From Hormiphora californensis (lineage: Eukaryota; Animalia; Ctenophora), in assembly GCA_020137815.1 (NCBI GenBank), contig CM035354.1, positions 992,001 through 1,056,000 on the forward strand: 64,000 nt of DNA, written 5' to 3'. Below, piece after piece: positions 1-12,800 of this stretch. Each line of letters begins with the position of its first letter. The first letter of the stretch is position 1. The translations under genes were made by a program, and so were the position numbers. Under the pieces are notes generated by a model. That model did no database searches. It was not told where the DNA came from and worked only from the letters and a program-made list of their open reading frames with translations.

Positions 1-3000
1 GATGGAGGTATACGATCTTTCGTCTGCCAAGTTGAGAACAGTATTGTAACACTCCTCCAGCTTCTCAAATACCTCTGCGTTTTTCTCACCAACCTGACGG
101 TGAGGTCATCTTATGATAGACTTCCCCACCCCATTATTAAATGATTTAGGGTAGAAAGGGGTAAAATGGCACACGGGGTAAAATGGCACATGTATGGGGT
201 AAAATGGTCCTAGTTATTACATGTAGTCACGTGACTTTTTCTCCAGCGGAGACCTGCTCGTTCTGTTCCGAATTTTTGCTTTAAAACTGCTGTAATTTCT
301 GTTTGAGTTGGCCGATTTTAATTTTGCAAAAACTGCCAGTTAGGGTTTTTATCCTTCTAAAACTTGGTATAAAAATTTTTCAAAAAACCCACTATTAAGT
401 TGATTAAATTGTCAAATTAGTCAAACTGGGGTAAAATGGTTCACCCTCGCTGGGGTAAAATGGTTCACCCTGGGACCAATGAAATCGAGCCTCCAATACC
501 ACGTGATACCAACTGGGGTAAAATGGTCCAGCACACTGGGGTAAAATGGTCCAGCAGAACAGAAATTACTGAAGATAACATGGACCATTTTACCCCAGTG
601 CTCTAACAACACCAGGCACGTGATAAAAATCGAGCAATGCTATTGGCTGGACCATTTTACCCCAGTGCAAAATTTCCAAAAAAAGCCCTACCAAACTTTT
701 TGAATTGATTAATTAAGCTATTAAATAAAACTTTCAGATTTTAAAATTTAGCTCGTCTGAAAGGAAAACGTTTCATTGGATAGCCTATATAATTTTTTTT
801 CTTCTTGCTGTATAAATTGAGTATTTTAGAACCTAAAACGTTAGAAAGTGTGCCATTTTACCCCTTTCTACCCTATTTCCCGCATGCTAAGAACCTGTCA
901 GAGCATTGGCCTAACAGCAAAGAGCTATATTTGGACTCCCTCAGCCTTTGGCCACCAATCTGAGTTAGAAGACACAACATACCGGTGTAACCAAGTGGAA
1001 TACATGATCAGCGTGTAGATCAAATCCCGGTGTTTCAACTACGTCTCCAATCTGAAAACATGCTACTGCTAGAACATATATTTAACTGAGTGATAAAAAA
1101 GTAACTCATTAAGTTTTTTACTTAACCCCGTTTTGATAATTGATTCTTGGCAGTGCGTTCACTGCATTAGACATGCATGTGCGAGATCCAGCTCACGCAG
1201 CGACTGAGATCGAGCTCACACACGAAGTGAATAGGTGGGAATTCTCTCCCAAAATTCTCTCCCAAAAAGATAAAGAGATGGCACAAAGTACGTGCACTAT
1301 TTTGGTAAGGAAATTACCCCTCCACGCAAGCTCACGGGTATGCAGTATGCACTAATAGGGATTACTCGTAACCAAATAGATATTTTAGAGCTTCCCAACC
1401 TGTTTAGGGGCATGCTCTAACAGTTACCAACCTGTTTTGGGGCATGCTCTGACAGTTACCAACCTGTTTTGGGGCATGCTCTGACAGTTACCAACCTGTT
1501 TTGGGGCATGCTCTGACAGTTACCAACCTGTTTTGGGGCATGCTCTGACAGTTACCAACCTGTTTCGGGGCATGCTCTGACAGTTACCAACCTGTTTCGG
1601 GGCATGCTCTGACAGTTACCAACCTGTTTAGGGGCATGCTCTGACAGTTACCAACCTGTTTTGGGGCATGCTCTGACAGTTACCAACCTGTTTCGGGGCA
1701 TGCTCTGACAGTTACCAACCTGTTTTAGGGCATGCTCTGACAGTTACCAACCTGTTTCGGGGCATGCTCTGACAGTTACCAACCTGTTTAGGGGCATGCT
1801 CTGACAGTTACCAACCTGTTTTGGGGCATGCTCTGACAGTTACCAACCTGTTTTGGGGCATGCTCTGACAGTTACCAACCTGTTTCGGGGCATGCTCTGA
1901 CAGTTACCAACCTGTTTAGGGGCATGCTCTGACAGTTACCAACCTGTTTTGGGGCATGCTCTGACAGTTAGCAACCTGTTTTGGGGCATGCTCTGACAGT
2001 TACCAACCTGTTTTGGGGCATGCTCTGACAGTTACCAACCTGTTTTGGGGCATGCTCTGACAGTTACCAACCTGTTTCGGGGCATGCTCTGACAGTTACC
2101 AACCTGTTTCGGGGCATGCTCTGACAGTTACCAACCTGTTTTGGGGCATGCTCTGACAGTTACCAACCTGTTTCGGGGCATGCTCTGACAGTTACCAACC
2201 TGTTTCGGGGCATGCTCTGACAGTTACCAACCTGTTTTGGGGCATGCTCTGACAGTTACCAACCTGTTTTGGGGCATGCTCTGACAGTTACCAACCTGTT
2301 TTGGGGCATGCTCTGACAGTTACCAACCTGTTTTGGGGCATGCTCTGACAGTTACCAACCTGTTTTGGGGCATGCTCTGACAGTTACCAACCTGTTTTGG
2401 GGCATGCTCTGACAGTTACCAACCTGTTTTGGGGCATGCTCTGACAGTTACCAACCTGTTTTGGGGCATGCTCTGACAGTTACCAACCTGTTTTGGGGCA
2501 TGCTCTGACAGTTACCAACCTGTTTCGGGGCATGCTCTGACAGTTACCAACCTGTTTTGGGGCATGCTCTGACAGTTACCAACCTGTTTTGGGGCATGCT
2601 CTGACAGTTACCAACCTGTTTTGGGGCATGCTCTGACAGTTACCAACCTGTTTTGGGGCATGCTCTGACAGTTACCAACCTGTTTTGGGGCATGCTCTGA
2701 CAGTTACCAACCTGTTTTGGGGCATGCTCTGACAGTTACCAACCTGTTTCGGGGCATGCTCTGACAGTTAGCAACCTGTTTTGGGGCATGCTCTGACAGT
2801 TACCAACCTGTTTTGGGGCATGCTCTGACAGTTACCAACCTGTTTTAGGGCATGCTCTGACAGTTACCAACCTGTTTTGGGGCATGCTCTGACAGTTACC
2901 AACCTGTTTTGGGGCATGTTTTTTAACTGCCTCTTTTAGTTCCGGTCCGGCAGACTCGTGAACGCCTATCATCCCCTTTGTGTTTAGCTGGGAGTTAACA

Positions 3001-3630
3001 GAGAGAACCACAGCATCACACGCCACCTCTTGTATAGATCCATCATGGATAAAGATTCTCCGGTTTATCCGTTTGTTGGGTTCCGTGATCTCGATGGATC
3101 GGGGGAACTGAGGAATCTCGCCTGCACCAGGAGATTGCTTGTTACTCAACAAGATATTGCAGTTTAGCTTGTCTGATAAATAACATCTTTATAATCTGTG
3201 ATTTGAGTTCTCGTGTGATAACTGACGGCGACGACCCGATCTGGGAATCAAAACTGAGAACCAAGACGGAGTCTGAGAACCAAAATGGGCTCTAGCGAGT
3301 TTTATTTCAGCACTCAGAATTTAGATCAGAGCGCCAGACAGACTCCTCCTACGTATTTTTGAGACTTGCGTAGTAAAAAAACGTATTAAAATTAGCCGAT
3401 TTGAAGATTCAGAGAGAGAAAGAAAAAACCGGGAGCAACATTATACCCAGCGCAGGTACATTATTGTCCCCAGTTTTTCAGGTAGTACCTGCTTCGAACA
3501 ATGTACCTACTTGTTGTTACTCAACAATGTACCTACCTGCTTCAGCGTAGTGTATCCAGTGCATAATGTCCGTTTCACATTTACCGCAAACCTCTTTCAG
3601 GGTACGACGGGGAGGCGCCTTTTTACTCAT
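1..3630 (-). CDS. Macro-domain protein (MacroD/GDAP2-like), 3' end outside the window
   Basis: Phase-compatible GT-AG exons 3630-3537, 3121-2904, 1051-983 and 93-1 give MSKKAPPRR...NKRINRRIFIHDGSIQEVACDAVVLSVNSQL...HESAGPEL...IGDVVETPGFDLHADHVFHLVTP...LEECYNTVLNLADERSYTSI, which follows the macro-domain motif order. Confidence 0.85.
149..873. mobile_element. MITE with GGGTAGAAAGGGGTAAAATGGCACAC TIRs and TA flanks
   Basis: About 26-bp terminal inverted repeats, TA on both sides, many internal GGGGTAAAATGG motifs in both orientations; lies in an intron. Confidence 0.8.
1395..2918. repeat. 32-bp minisatellite, about 47 copies
   Basis: Unit CTGACAGTTACCAACCTGTTTTGGGGCATGCT, nearly invariant; overlaps the exon end and donor at 2904/2903. 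Confidence 0.97.
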
Positions 3631-3817
3631 ATTACCCCCCGTCCTGATACGGGTATTACACTAACTCGCAGCGGTGTCAAATAAAAATCACTTTCTTTTC
3701 ATAAACTGGTAATAAGCAATTGCAGTTTGTACAGCGCACATTGAAAGACAAAAGATACGTAATTCTCAAGCACAAAACAGATGGCCAAGTTTCCACTCAC
3801 ACTCGATCTAGAGCTTG

Positions 3818-6800
3818 TTACAAAATATACACTGTTCCAATGACCATCATTTTCCTGTCTAGGCGCCGCCGACCCGATCTGAGCGCACTGTCAAATTGGG
3901 GTATGGGCGCCGCCATACAGTCATTTTCACTGTACAATACACTCGAAATTAAAAAGAAAATATATATCGTTGAAAAAAGATGATAGAAGCTTCTATAATA
4001 GATCTAGAAGAAAGTCAACAACACACATCCCCTCTACGATTCAAAAGGGTCCATTTCCACTTCCTCAATCCTCTATTTTCTAGTTACCATGACAACACAG
4101 AGTCACTATGTAATATCACTGGAAGGCAAGGGAGAGGTAACAGGAGGGGAGGTAACCGGTGTTACCATGACAACACGGAGTCACTATGTGATACCACTGG
4201 TAGGCAAGGGAGAGGTAACAGGAGGGGAGGTAACCGGCGTTACCATGGCAACACGGAGTCACTATGTGATATCACTGGTAGGCAAGGGAGAGGTAACAGG
4301 AGGGGAGGTAACCGGTGTTACCATGACAACACGGAGTCACTATGTAATATCACTGGTAAGCAAGGGAGAGGTAACAGGAGGGGAGGTAACCGGTGTTACC
4401 ATGGCAACACGGAGTCACTATGTAATATCACTGGTAGGCAAGGGAGATGTAACAGGAGGGGAGGTAACCGGTGTTACCATGACAACACGGAGTCACTATG
4501 TGATATCACTGGTAGGCAAGGGAGAGGTAACAGGAGGGGAGGTAACCGGTGTTACCATGACAACACGGAGTCACTATGTAATATCACTGGTAGGCAAGGG
4601 AGAGGTAACAGGAGGGGAGGTAACCGGTGTTACCATGACAACACGGAGTCACTATGTGATATCACTGATAGGCAAGGGAGAGGTAACAGGAGGGGAGGTA
4701 ACCGGTGTTACCATGACAACACGGAGTCACTATGTAATATCACTGGTAGGCAAGGGAGAGGTAACAGGAGGGGAGGTAACCGGTGTTACCATGATGTAAG
4801 CGTGGGGCTACTTTCCCACGCTTGCAGCATTTCTGACTTATCCAGACCTCGAACCCCTGTCGGGGATGCTGTGGTTGTTCGTGACTTTCATGTTCCTATG
4901 GGCCTGTGTTCTATACTCTCTGTCTGTGTGGCCGGAAATGATGACATGTAGTGTGTGTGTGTGCTCTGTCGACCGAAAGAGAGAGATAGATCAGAGAGGT
5001 TGGTTGCGCAACCATGTGAAGGTGGTTGTGCAACCACAGTGGATGGTTGCGCAACCCTATTGAGATGGTTGCGCAACCCCAGCGGTTGGTTGCGCAACCA
5101 GAGAGTATATAAGGAGAGGAGGTTTGGAGAGTCAGGGTCTTCGGTGTTTACCTTTGCCTCCAGTCTAGCCCAGTCAGCTTTCACTCGAGTGAGCTAGCGA
5201 GAGTGTGTTATAGTGTGATAGATGAATGCTTTGTCATTGTGATATTAGTATTATTATTTAGTTCTCCCACCCGCAAATTGTTTGTCTCATTGAACCCGAT
5301 ATGCGTACAGTCGAACCCCGAGATATCTAGTGAAACATCATGAGACATGAGCGGTGAGATTGGTGATGGTCATAGAGCGAGTACTTGAGAGGGAGAGTGA
5401 GTTCTGGCCTTACAATGCATGTACCGTCATCAGGTATCCTAAATGCAGGATACAGTGTCCCATTATGTTTACAATGACAACACGGAGTCACAATGTGATA
5501 TCACTGATAGGCAAGGGAGAGGTAACATGAGGGGAGGTAACCGGTGTTACCATGACAACACGGAGTCACTATGTAATATCACTGGTAGGCAAGGGAGAGG
5601 TAACAAGAGGGGAGGTAACCGGTGTTACCATGACAACACGGAGTCACTATGTAATATCACTGGTAGGCAAGGGAGAGGTAACAGGAGGGGAGGTAACCGG
5701 TGTTACCATGACAACACGGAGTCACTATGTAATATCACTGGTAAGCAAGGGAGAGGTAACAGGAGGGGAGGTAACCGGTGTTACCATGGCAACACGGAGT
5801 CACTATGTGATATCACTGGTAGGCAAGGGAGAGGTAACAGGAGGGGAGGTAACCGGTGTTACCATGACAACAAGGAGTCACTATGTAATATATCACTGGT
5901 AGGCAAGGGAGAGGTAACATGAGGGGAGGTAACCGGTGTTACCATGACAACACGGAGTCACTATGTAATATCACTGGTAGGCAAGGGAGAGGTAACATGA
6001 GGGGAGGTAACCGGTGTTACCATGGCAACACGGAGTCACTATGTAATATCACTGGTAGGCAAGGGAGAGGTAACAGGAGGGGAGGTAACCGGTGTTACCA
6101 TGGCAACACGGAGTCACTATGTAATATCACTGGTAAGCAAGGGAGAGGTAACAGGAGGGGAGGTAACCGGTGTTACCATGACAACAAGGAGTCACTATGT
6201 AATATATCACTGGTAGGCAAGGGAGAGGTAACAGGAGGGGAGGTAACCGGTGTTACCATGGCAACACGGAGTCACTATGTGATATCACTGGTAGGCAAGG
6301 GAGAGGTAACAGGAGGGGAGGTAACCAGTGTTACCATGACAACACGGAGTCACTATGTGATATCACTGGTAGGCAAGGGAGAGGTAACAGGAGGGGAGGT
6401 AACCGGTGTTACCATGACAACACGGAGTCACTTGTTACAAAATATACACTGTTCCAATGACCATCATTTTCCTGTCTGGCGCCGCCGACCCGATCTGAGC
6501 GCACTGTCTGGGGTATGGGCGCCGCCATACAGTCATTTTCACTGTAAAATACACTCGAAATTAATAAAAAAAATATCGTTGAAAAAAGATGATAGAAGCT
6601 TCTATAATAGATCTAGAAGAAAGTCAACAACACACATCCCCTCTACGATTCAAAAGGGTCCATTTCCACTTCCTCGATCCTCATTCCTCATACTATGTTA
6701 GTTACCATGGCAACACGGAGTCACTATGTAATATATCACTGGTAGGCAAGTGAGAGGTAACAGGAGGGGAGGTAACCGGTGTTACCATGACAACACGGAG

Positions 6801-9800
6801 TCACTATGTAATATCACTGGTAGGCAAGGGAGAGGTAACAAGAGGGGAGGTAACCGGTGTTACCATGACAACACGGAGTCACTTGTTACAAAATATACAC
6901 TGTTCCAATGACCATCATTTTCCTGTCTGGCGCCGCCGACCCGATCTGAGCGCACTGTCTGGGGTATGGGCGCCGCCATACAGTCATTTTCACTGTAAAA
7001 TACACTCGAAATACTTACTTACTTACTTGATACTTGGTACGGTCTCCTCAATCATTCGAGTGGCCGGCTCCAAGTATCCTCGCTCGTAATGACGTGAGCT
7101 GTCTCCACTCATTTCTGTTTTCTGCAGTGTTAGTAACTGCACGGAGAGACTGGGATTGACCCGTAGCGTCTCGATAATCATTCAGCACACAGGAGGACCA
7201 GGTTTTACGCGGTCTTCCTCTGGAACGTCTCCCATGACTAGGCACCCAGTGGTAGAGTTTGTTGGGCACCCTACCCTCAGGCATTCTAATCAGGTGTCCA
7301 AACCATCGGAGTCTCCCATTGCCAATGAACTTCGAGATTGGTTCTATCCCCGCCCTCTCCAGTACCTCCCTGTTAGATACTCTCCTAAACCACTGTATTC
7401 TCAGAATTCTACGCAGGCACCGTTGGTGGAACGCCTCCACCCGGCGATCTTGGACCTGAGTAGTTGTCCAGGCCTCACAACCATAGAGAAGAACTGTCAG
7501 AACAGCAGCTCTGTATATCCTGATCTTGGTACAGGTCCTGATGTTACGGTTGTACCAGATCCTACAAAGCATACTGAATGCACTGTAAGCCTTCCCTATC
7601 CTGATACCAAGCTCCTTGTCGATGGTACCGTCAGAGGACAACGCCGATCCGAGATAGGTAAAACTGGAAACCTGCTCAACCGGATTACCCTCCACAGAGA
7701 TGCTGACCGTATCCGCCTCTGAAAATGGGCGCTGGCTAAGACCCTTTGAAAAAGCCACAACTTTGGTCTTCTTCGCATTAATCTTCAGACCAGCGTACCC
7801 TGCGTATTTTACCAGCAAATCTGTTGACTCCTGGAGCCCTTCCTCAGTATCATCCATTACAGCCATGTCATCAGCATAGTCGAGATCCATGATCCATTCC
7901 CCACCCTCATCACTCTCAGCGCCGTGAAGAGTGAGACCCCTGGAGACAGTCTTGTTGGACTCAGCAAGCTGAGCCGCCCAGTTAATCACGATGTTGAAGA
8001 CTGGTGGACCCTGAATGTCGCCCTGACCGGTACCGCTGAGGACACTGAACCAGCTGGAGAGCTCCCCGTCATGTTTCACTGCACTCACAGTACCGTCAAA
8101 GAATGCTCGAATTATCCGGACATACTTCTCTGGAAGACCATAATGGCGAAATGCGGCCCAGATAAAATCCCTGTTAATACAATCGAATGCTGATTTGAAG
8201 TCAATAAAGTTTATATACAATGGTAAATTATATTCTATACACTGATGGATGATGGTACGGAGGGAATAAATCTGATCCACACAAGACCGGTTACGTCTGA
8301 ATCCACACTGATTCTCTCGAAGTGCCAATTCAAGACCAGAAGACAACCTGTTCAGCATAATTATCTGGAACAGCTTGGAAGTGGTAGATCGCAGAGTGAT
8401 GCCCCTATTATTTGAGCACACACTGGCGTCACCCTTCTTGGGAATCACCGAGATGACACCCTTTAACCACTCCTCCGGGACCTTCTCCTCCCTCCAGACT
8501 CCACCAAACAGATCCACAAGGGGGCCAACAAGACCGGACGAGCCATACCGTAGTTGTTCGTTCGAGATCCCATCAACGCCAGGACTCTTATGGTTTTTGA
8601 GCCTGTTCAGTGCCACTAAAACTTCTCCACGAGAAGGCGGAGGATCATCCTCACCAAGATCCTCAAAGCACGGGTCCACCTCCAGACCATCCAGATCCGA
8701 GAGCTGTGATGTAGTTACAGGGGGGTTTAGCAGCTCAGAGAAGTGCTCCGCCCAGCGCTCCCGCTGTTGAACAGGATCAGCGATGAGTTCACCGTTCCTA
8801 TCACGAACAGCAGTACCGCCGCGTTTCCTCACACCTGACAGATCTTTCATATGCTGCCAAAGTTCCCTCTGCCGCCCGTGCACCGCAGCATCCTCCAGAT
8901 CAGACGCCAAACTATCCGCCCACCTTTCATCGTCCACCCGTGCTGCTTTCTTGACCAGCTTATTAAGCCTAGAGTACTCAGATCCACCCTCGGGATCATT
9001 CTTCTTCAGCTCAGCACGTTGGGCGATGAGGTCTCGAGTCTCCAGAGACAAGTGCTGCTGACGAATCCGTTTCGGCCGCGCTCCCAGGACCTCCAGTGAC
9101 ACCTCACCGATTACCTCCTTAAGTTGCCCCCACTGACCCTCCAGACTTTCCTCAGGCTCCAGAGATTCAAACCTGTTCCGGAGAGAGACATTGTATTCCG
9201 TGCGTGTCTCATCACACCCCTTCCTGAGATTCTCTATAGCTGGAACCTCCCTGACCGGTTTCCTACAGTTCTTAGCTGCACTCAGCCGGATCCTAACCTT
9301 ACCCCGAACCAGGTAGTGATCAGACCCGATGTCTGCACTCCTTAGGACCCTAACATCCAACAGAGAACTTCGCCACTTGTTGCCGACACACAGATGGTCT
9401 ATCTGCGTCACAGTGGTACCGTCAGGAGATCTCCAGGTTCCCTTGTGGTGATCCCTATGAGGGAACATCTTCCCACCAATAGACAACTGATGAATCCCAC
9501 ACAAATCCTCCAACCGCTCACCGTTGTCATTAGAAACTTGGTGGAGAGAGTGCCCGCCACCAACCCTCGCGTTGAAATCCCCGCCCAAGAAGACCACGTC
9601 CTGCCGAGGAAGCCTATCCAAAACCGATGATAACTGGTTGTAGAACTCCTCCTTGACCGCGTCATCCTTATCATTGGTTGGAGCATATGCAATAACAAGG
9701 GAGATATTAACATGTTTGGTGTGCAGTCGGGCTGCCATGATGCGCTCAGAGAAGGGACTGTAGGAAATTAAGGACTTCTTGACAGATTTTGATAACACCA

Positions 9801-12800
9801 ACCCAACACCTTGCCGCCTCAAACCATCTGCCCTGCCAGAGTTAATAAAAAGATGCCCGTTATCCAGGGTCATAACCTCCGTACCAGGCCAGTGCGTTTC
9901 TGTGAGAAGCAAAACGTCAAGTTGGAAAGATGAAACTGCGTTTGATAATTCGTACAACTTAGAGGATGATGACTGTAGAGATAAAACATTCCAAGTTGCC
10001 AGATGAAAATGATTACGGACTGCATTAATCGGCTTAAAAGAACTAAAGGAACTAAAAGAACCCGGAGCGGCCACACCAGGGATGTGTTGGCCAGAAATAA
10101 CTCTGCGATTGAATGACACCAGATCCGAGACTCCCATCAGGTCGGAGGGCCCCGAATCACCTGACCCAGCTTTACCCTCCTCCCGTCCTCTGGTCACCCT
10201 AACCTCGCTGTCCGGAATAAGGTGCTTGCCAGCTTTCACCAACGCCAAATTTGAGGAGGACACCGAGAGATTCGTAGCAAGATTTTAAAGCGTGACGAGT
10301 TGCTAGCACGACACACCGCATTGCCCCTCAGTCTCTTAGCATGACCCAGGATGGACCACGGGGAGGTGGACTGATCGGACTTGTCATGTGAGCGGTGGAC
10401 GTTGGCATCAACGACACACATCACACAACCATTCCCATCCCAAATTAATAAAAAAAATATCGTTGAAAAAAGATGATAGAAGCTTCTATAATAGATCTAG
10501 AAGAAAGTCAACAACACACATCCCCTCTACGATTCAAAAGGGTCCATTTCCACTTCCTCGATCCTCATTCCTCATACTATGTTAGTTACCATGGCAACAC
10601 GGAGTCACTATGTAATATATCACTGGTAGGCAAGTGAGAGGTAACAGGAGGGGAGGTAACCGGTGTTACCATGACAACACGGAGTCACTATGTGATATCA
10701 CTGGTAGGCAAGGGAGAGGTAACAGGAGGGGAGGTAACCGGTGTTACCCAGGCAATCCATCATCAACCACCAGTCAGTGTTAACACGCTCCATCAGGTGA
10801 ACCAACTGTCCTCGGTATAGGCTCAATAGGTCCTGGACAGGGATGATAAGGGGGTCAGTAGGTCCTAGATAGGGATGATAAGGGGGTCAGTAGGTCCTGG
10901 ACAGGGATGATAAGGGGGTCAGTAGGTCCTAGGATAAGAGGGTCATCAGAAATGTATGCGAAGGGGTAGATACTAGATACAAAGCCTGCAATGGTTGTTT
11001 GTGTGTATGTGTGTCTGTATTATTTAAGTATTGGTACTCACATGTCCCTTGAAGGTAAGGTCGGGGGTGTCATGGTAAGAGAGATTAAAGGGCCATTCCA
11101 GCTGGTAGACGTGTGAGAATTCGAATTCTCCCCAACACTCAGGAGGTTCCTCCGTATCATAAGTGGGCTGTTCCCAGTGGCAGGAAGATGATTGGTGCAT
11201 CAGTATTCAAATTTAGCAACCTTAAAGTGCATCTTTCAGTTGTGGCCGAAGGCCACAATTTTGCAACCCAACGCGACGGCTCACGGCAGTGGGTCTGTGG
11301 GTCATTTTGGGGTATTTTTATTTCAGATATAGTCTTAAACAGTCATAAACGTGGTCTATGAACCATATTTAGCCTGTAGGAAACCTAAAATTTAAAGAAA
11401 AACTCGATTTGAAAAAAAGATGCACTGATGCACTTAGATACGCCAAAATACTATGACCAAATTTGGCAAGTTTGGGGTATTTTTATTTCAGATATAGTCT
11501 TAAACAGTCATAAACGTGGTCTATGAACCATATTTAGCCTGTAGGAAACCTAAAATTTAAAGAAAAACTCGATTTGAAAAAAAGATGCACTGATGCACTT
11601 AGATACGCCAAAATACTCGAGTATTTTGCCGTATCTAAATGTACGGTGCATCTTTTTGACAAAACACAAACTTAAAACGATTTTGACAAAAAAGCTACCA
11701 CTAGACATGCCCCTGGACTATTTTTAGAGCTTCTGCTGATATTTTCTAAAAATTTTGGTTGATCAAGTGCAACCTCGATGTGCATCATGATGCATCATTT
11801 CTTTCTTTCTTCATCACAAGTGCATCAGTATAAAATACTCAAATACTCATCTTTCTGCCACTGGGGGGCTGTTCACCATCCAGCTCATCTATATCCGGAT
11901 CATTAATGTCTGAAACTGCGTTGTCAATGAGGATAGTGAGTTTTGTTAAACAGATATAATAGCGTATTTAAACATTGATAAATGCTGCCAGAGCATTGAC
12001 TTGACCCTATTCTCAGCGCGAGAACTGTGGTCAGAGCATTGGCCTGACAGGTTTTACTTCGTACCGGTTTGACTGATTTCCGGCTCATCAGGGGGTGGTG
12101 GGGGTGGTAGGGGTGGCATGAATCTTGCCTGTAGGGAGGGAGGCTTCTCTGGTCGAGTTGGAATTGAAGGTGTCCCTGATCTCACGGAGCTGACACTCGC
12201 AGTTAAACTCCTGGAAATATTTGTGATTTGGTTACGAAGCTGACATAAAGTTGGCTTGAAGGGGGAGCGGGGGGGGGGGGCATCTGAAGGTGAAATTGAA
12301 ATAACCACCTATTAAGGTTACGTTATGTTTCAACTTCAAGGGGTTATGTCATTCATAGATAAAGCATACGAGCGCTCGTTTTCGCAGGCTAGTTTAACAT
12401 GTCAAGTATGTCTTCTCTCTCTCCTTCTTCTCAAACTCTACCTCTCTCTCTCTCTCTACCTCGTGTCTGAGTGGGTAGATGGTTGAGGGTCCCTGCCAAG
12501 AGCATCGCAATCCTCGTATAACAGGAAGTCCTCCTCCTGGATCTGGTCCGCTGCCAGGTTGGCATCAGTGCTGCTCATCAACCGGGACCCATACCAGGAG
12601 GTACCCTCACTACCACTCACAAACCGGAGCTGAACCTGTAATAAGGAACAGGGGTGAACTAGGTGTGAAGTGGGGGTGTGAAGAAGGGGTGTAAAGTGGT
12701 GTGAAGAAGCCGGGACCCGTACCAGGAGGTACCCTCACTCCCACTCACAAACCGGAGCTGAACCTGCAGGAGGAACAGGTAGTGTGAACTGGGGGTGAAG

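Larger units (their letters stand above)
4083..10747. repeat. Intronic 78-bp minisatellite array with about 270-bp spacer blocks, interrupted by a solo LTR and a LINE
   Basis: Unit TTACCATGACAACACGGAGTCACTATGTAATATCACTGGTAGGCAAGGGAGAGGTAACAGGAGGGGAGGTAACCGGTG; spacer block copies at about 3813, 6431 and 6882 (the last is split by the LINE and resumes at 10442). Confidence 0.95.

Noticed and set aside
1395-2918. CRISPR-like array (32-bp repeats)
   Set aside because: The repeats are contiguous with no unique spacers, there are no cas genes, and the context is a eukaryotic intron
3980-7089. ORFs with 26-aa repeats (RGG-rich or GEVTG)
   Set aside because: Translations of a stop-free 78-bp satellite in several frames, antisense within an intron
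2904-10832. Fusion of the SH3 exon to the macro-domain exon (phases match)
   Set aside because: The macro gene has its own ATG exon at 3630-3537 with a matching phase, so two genes is the simpler model
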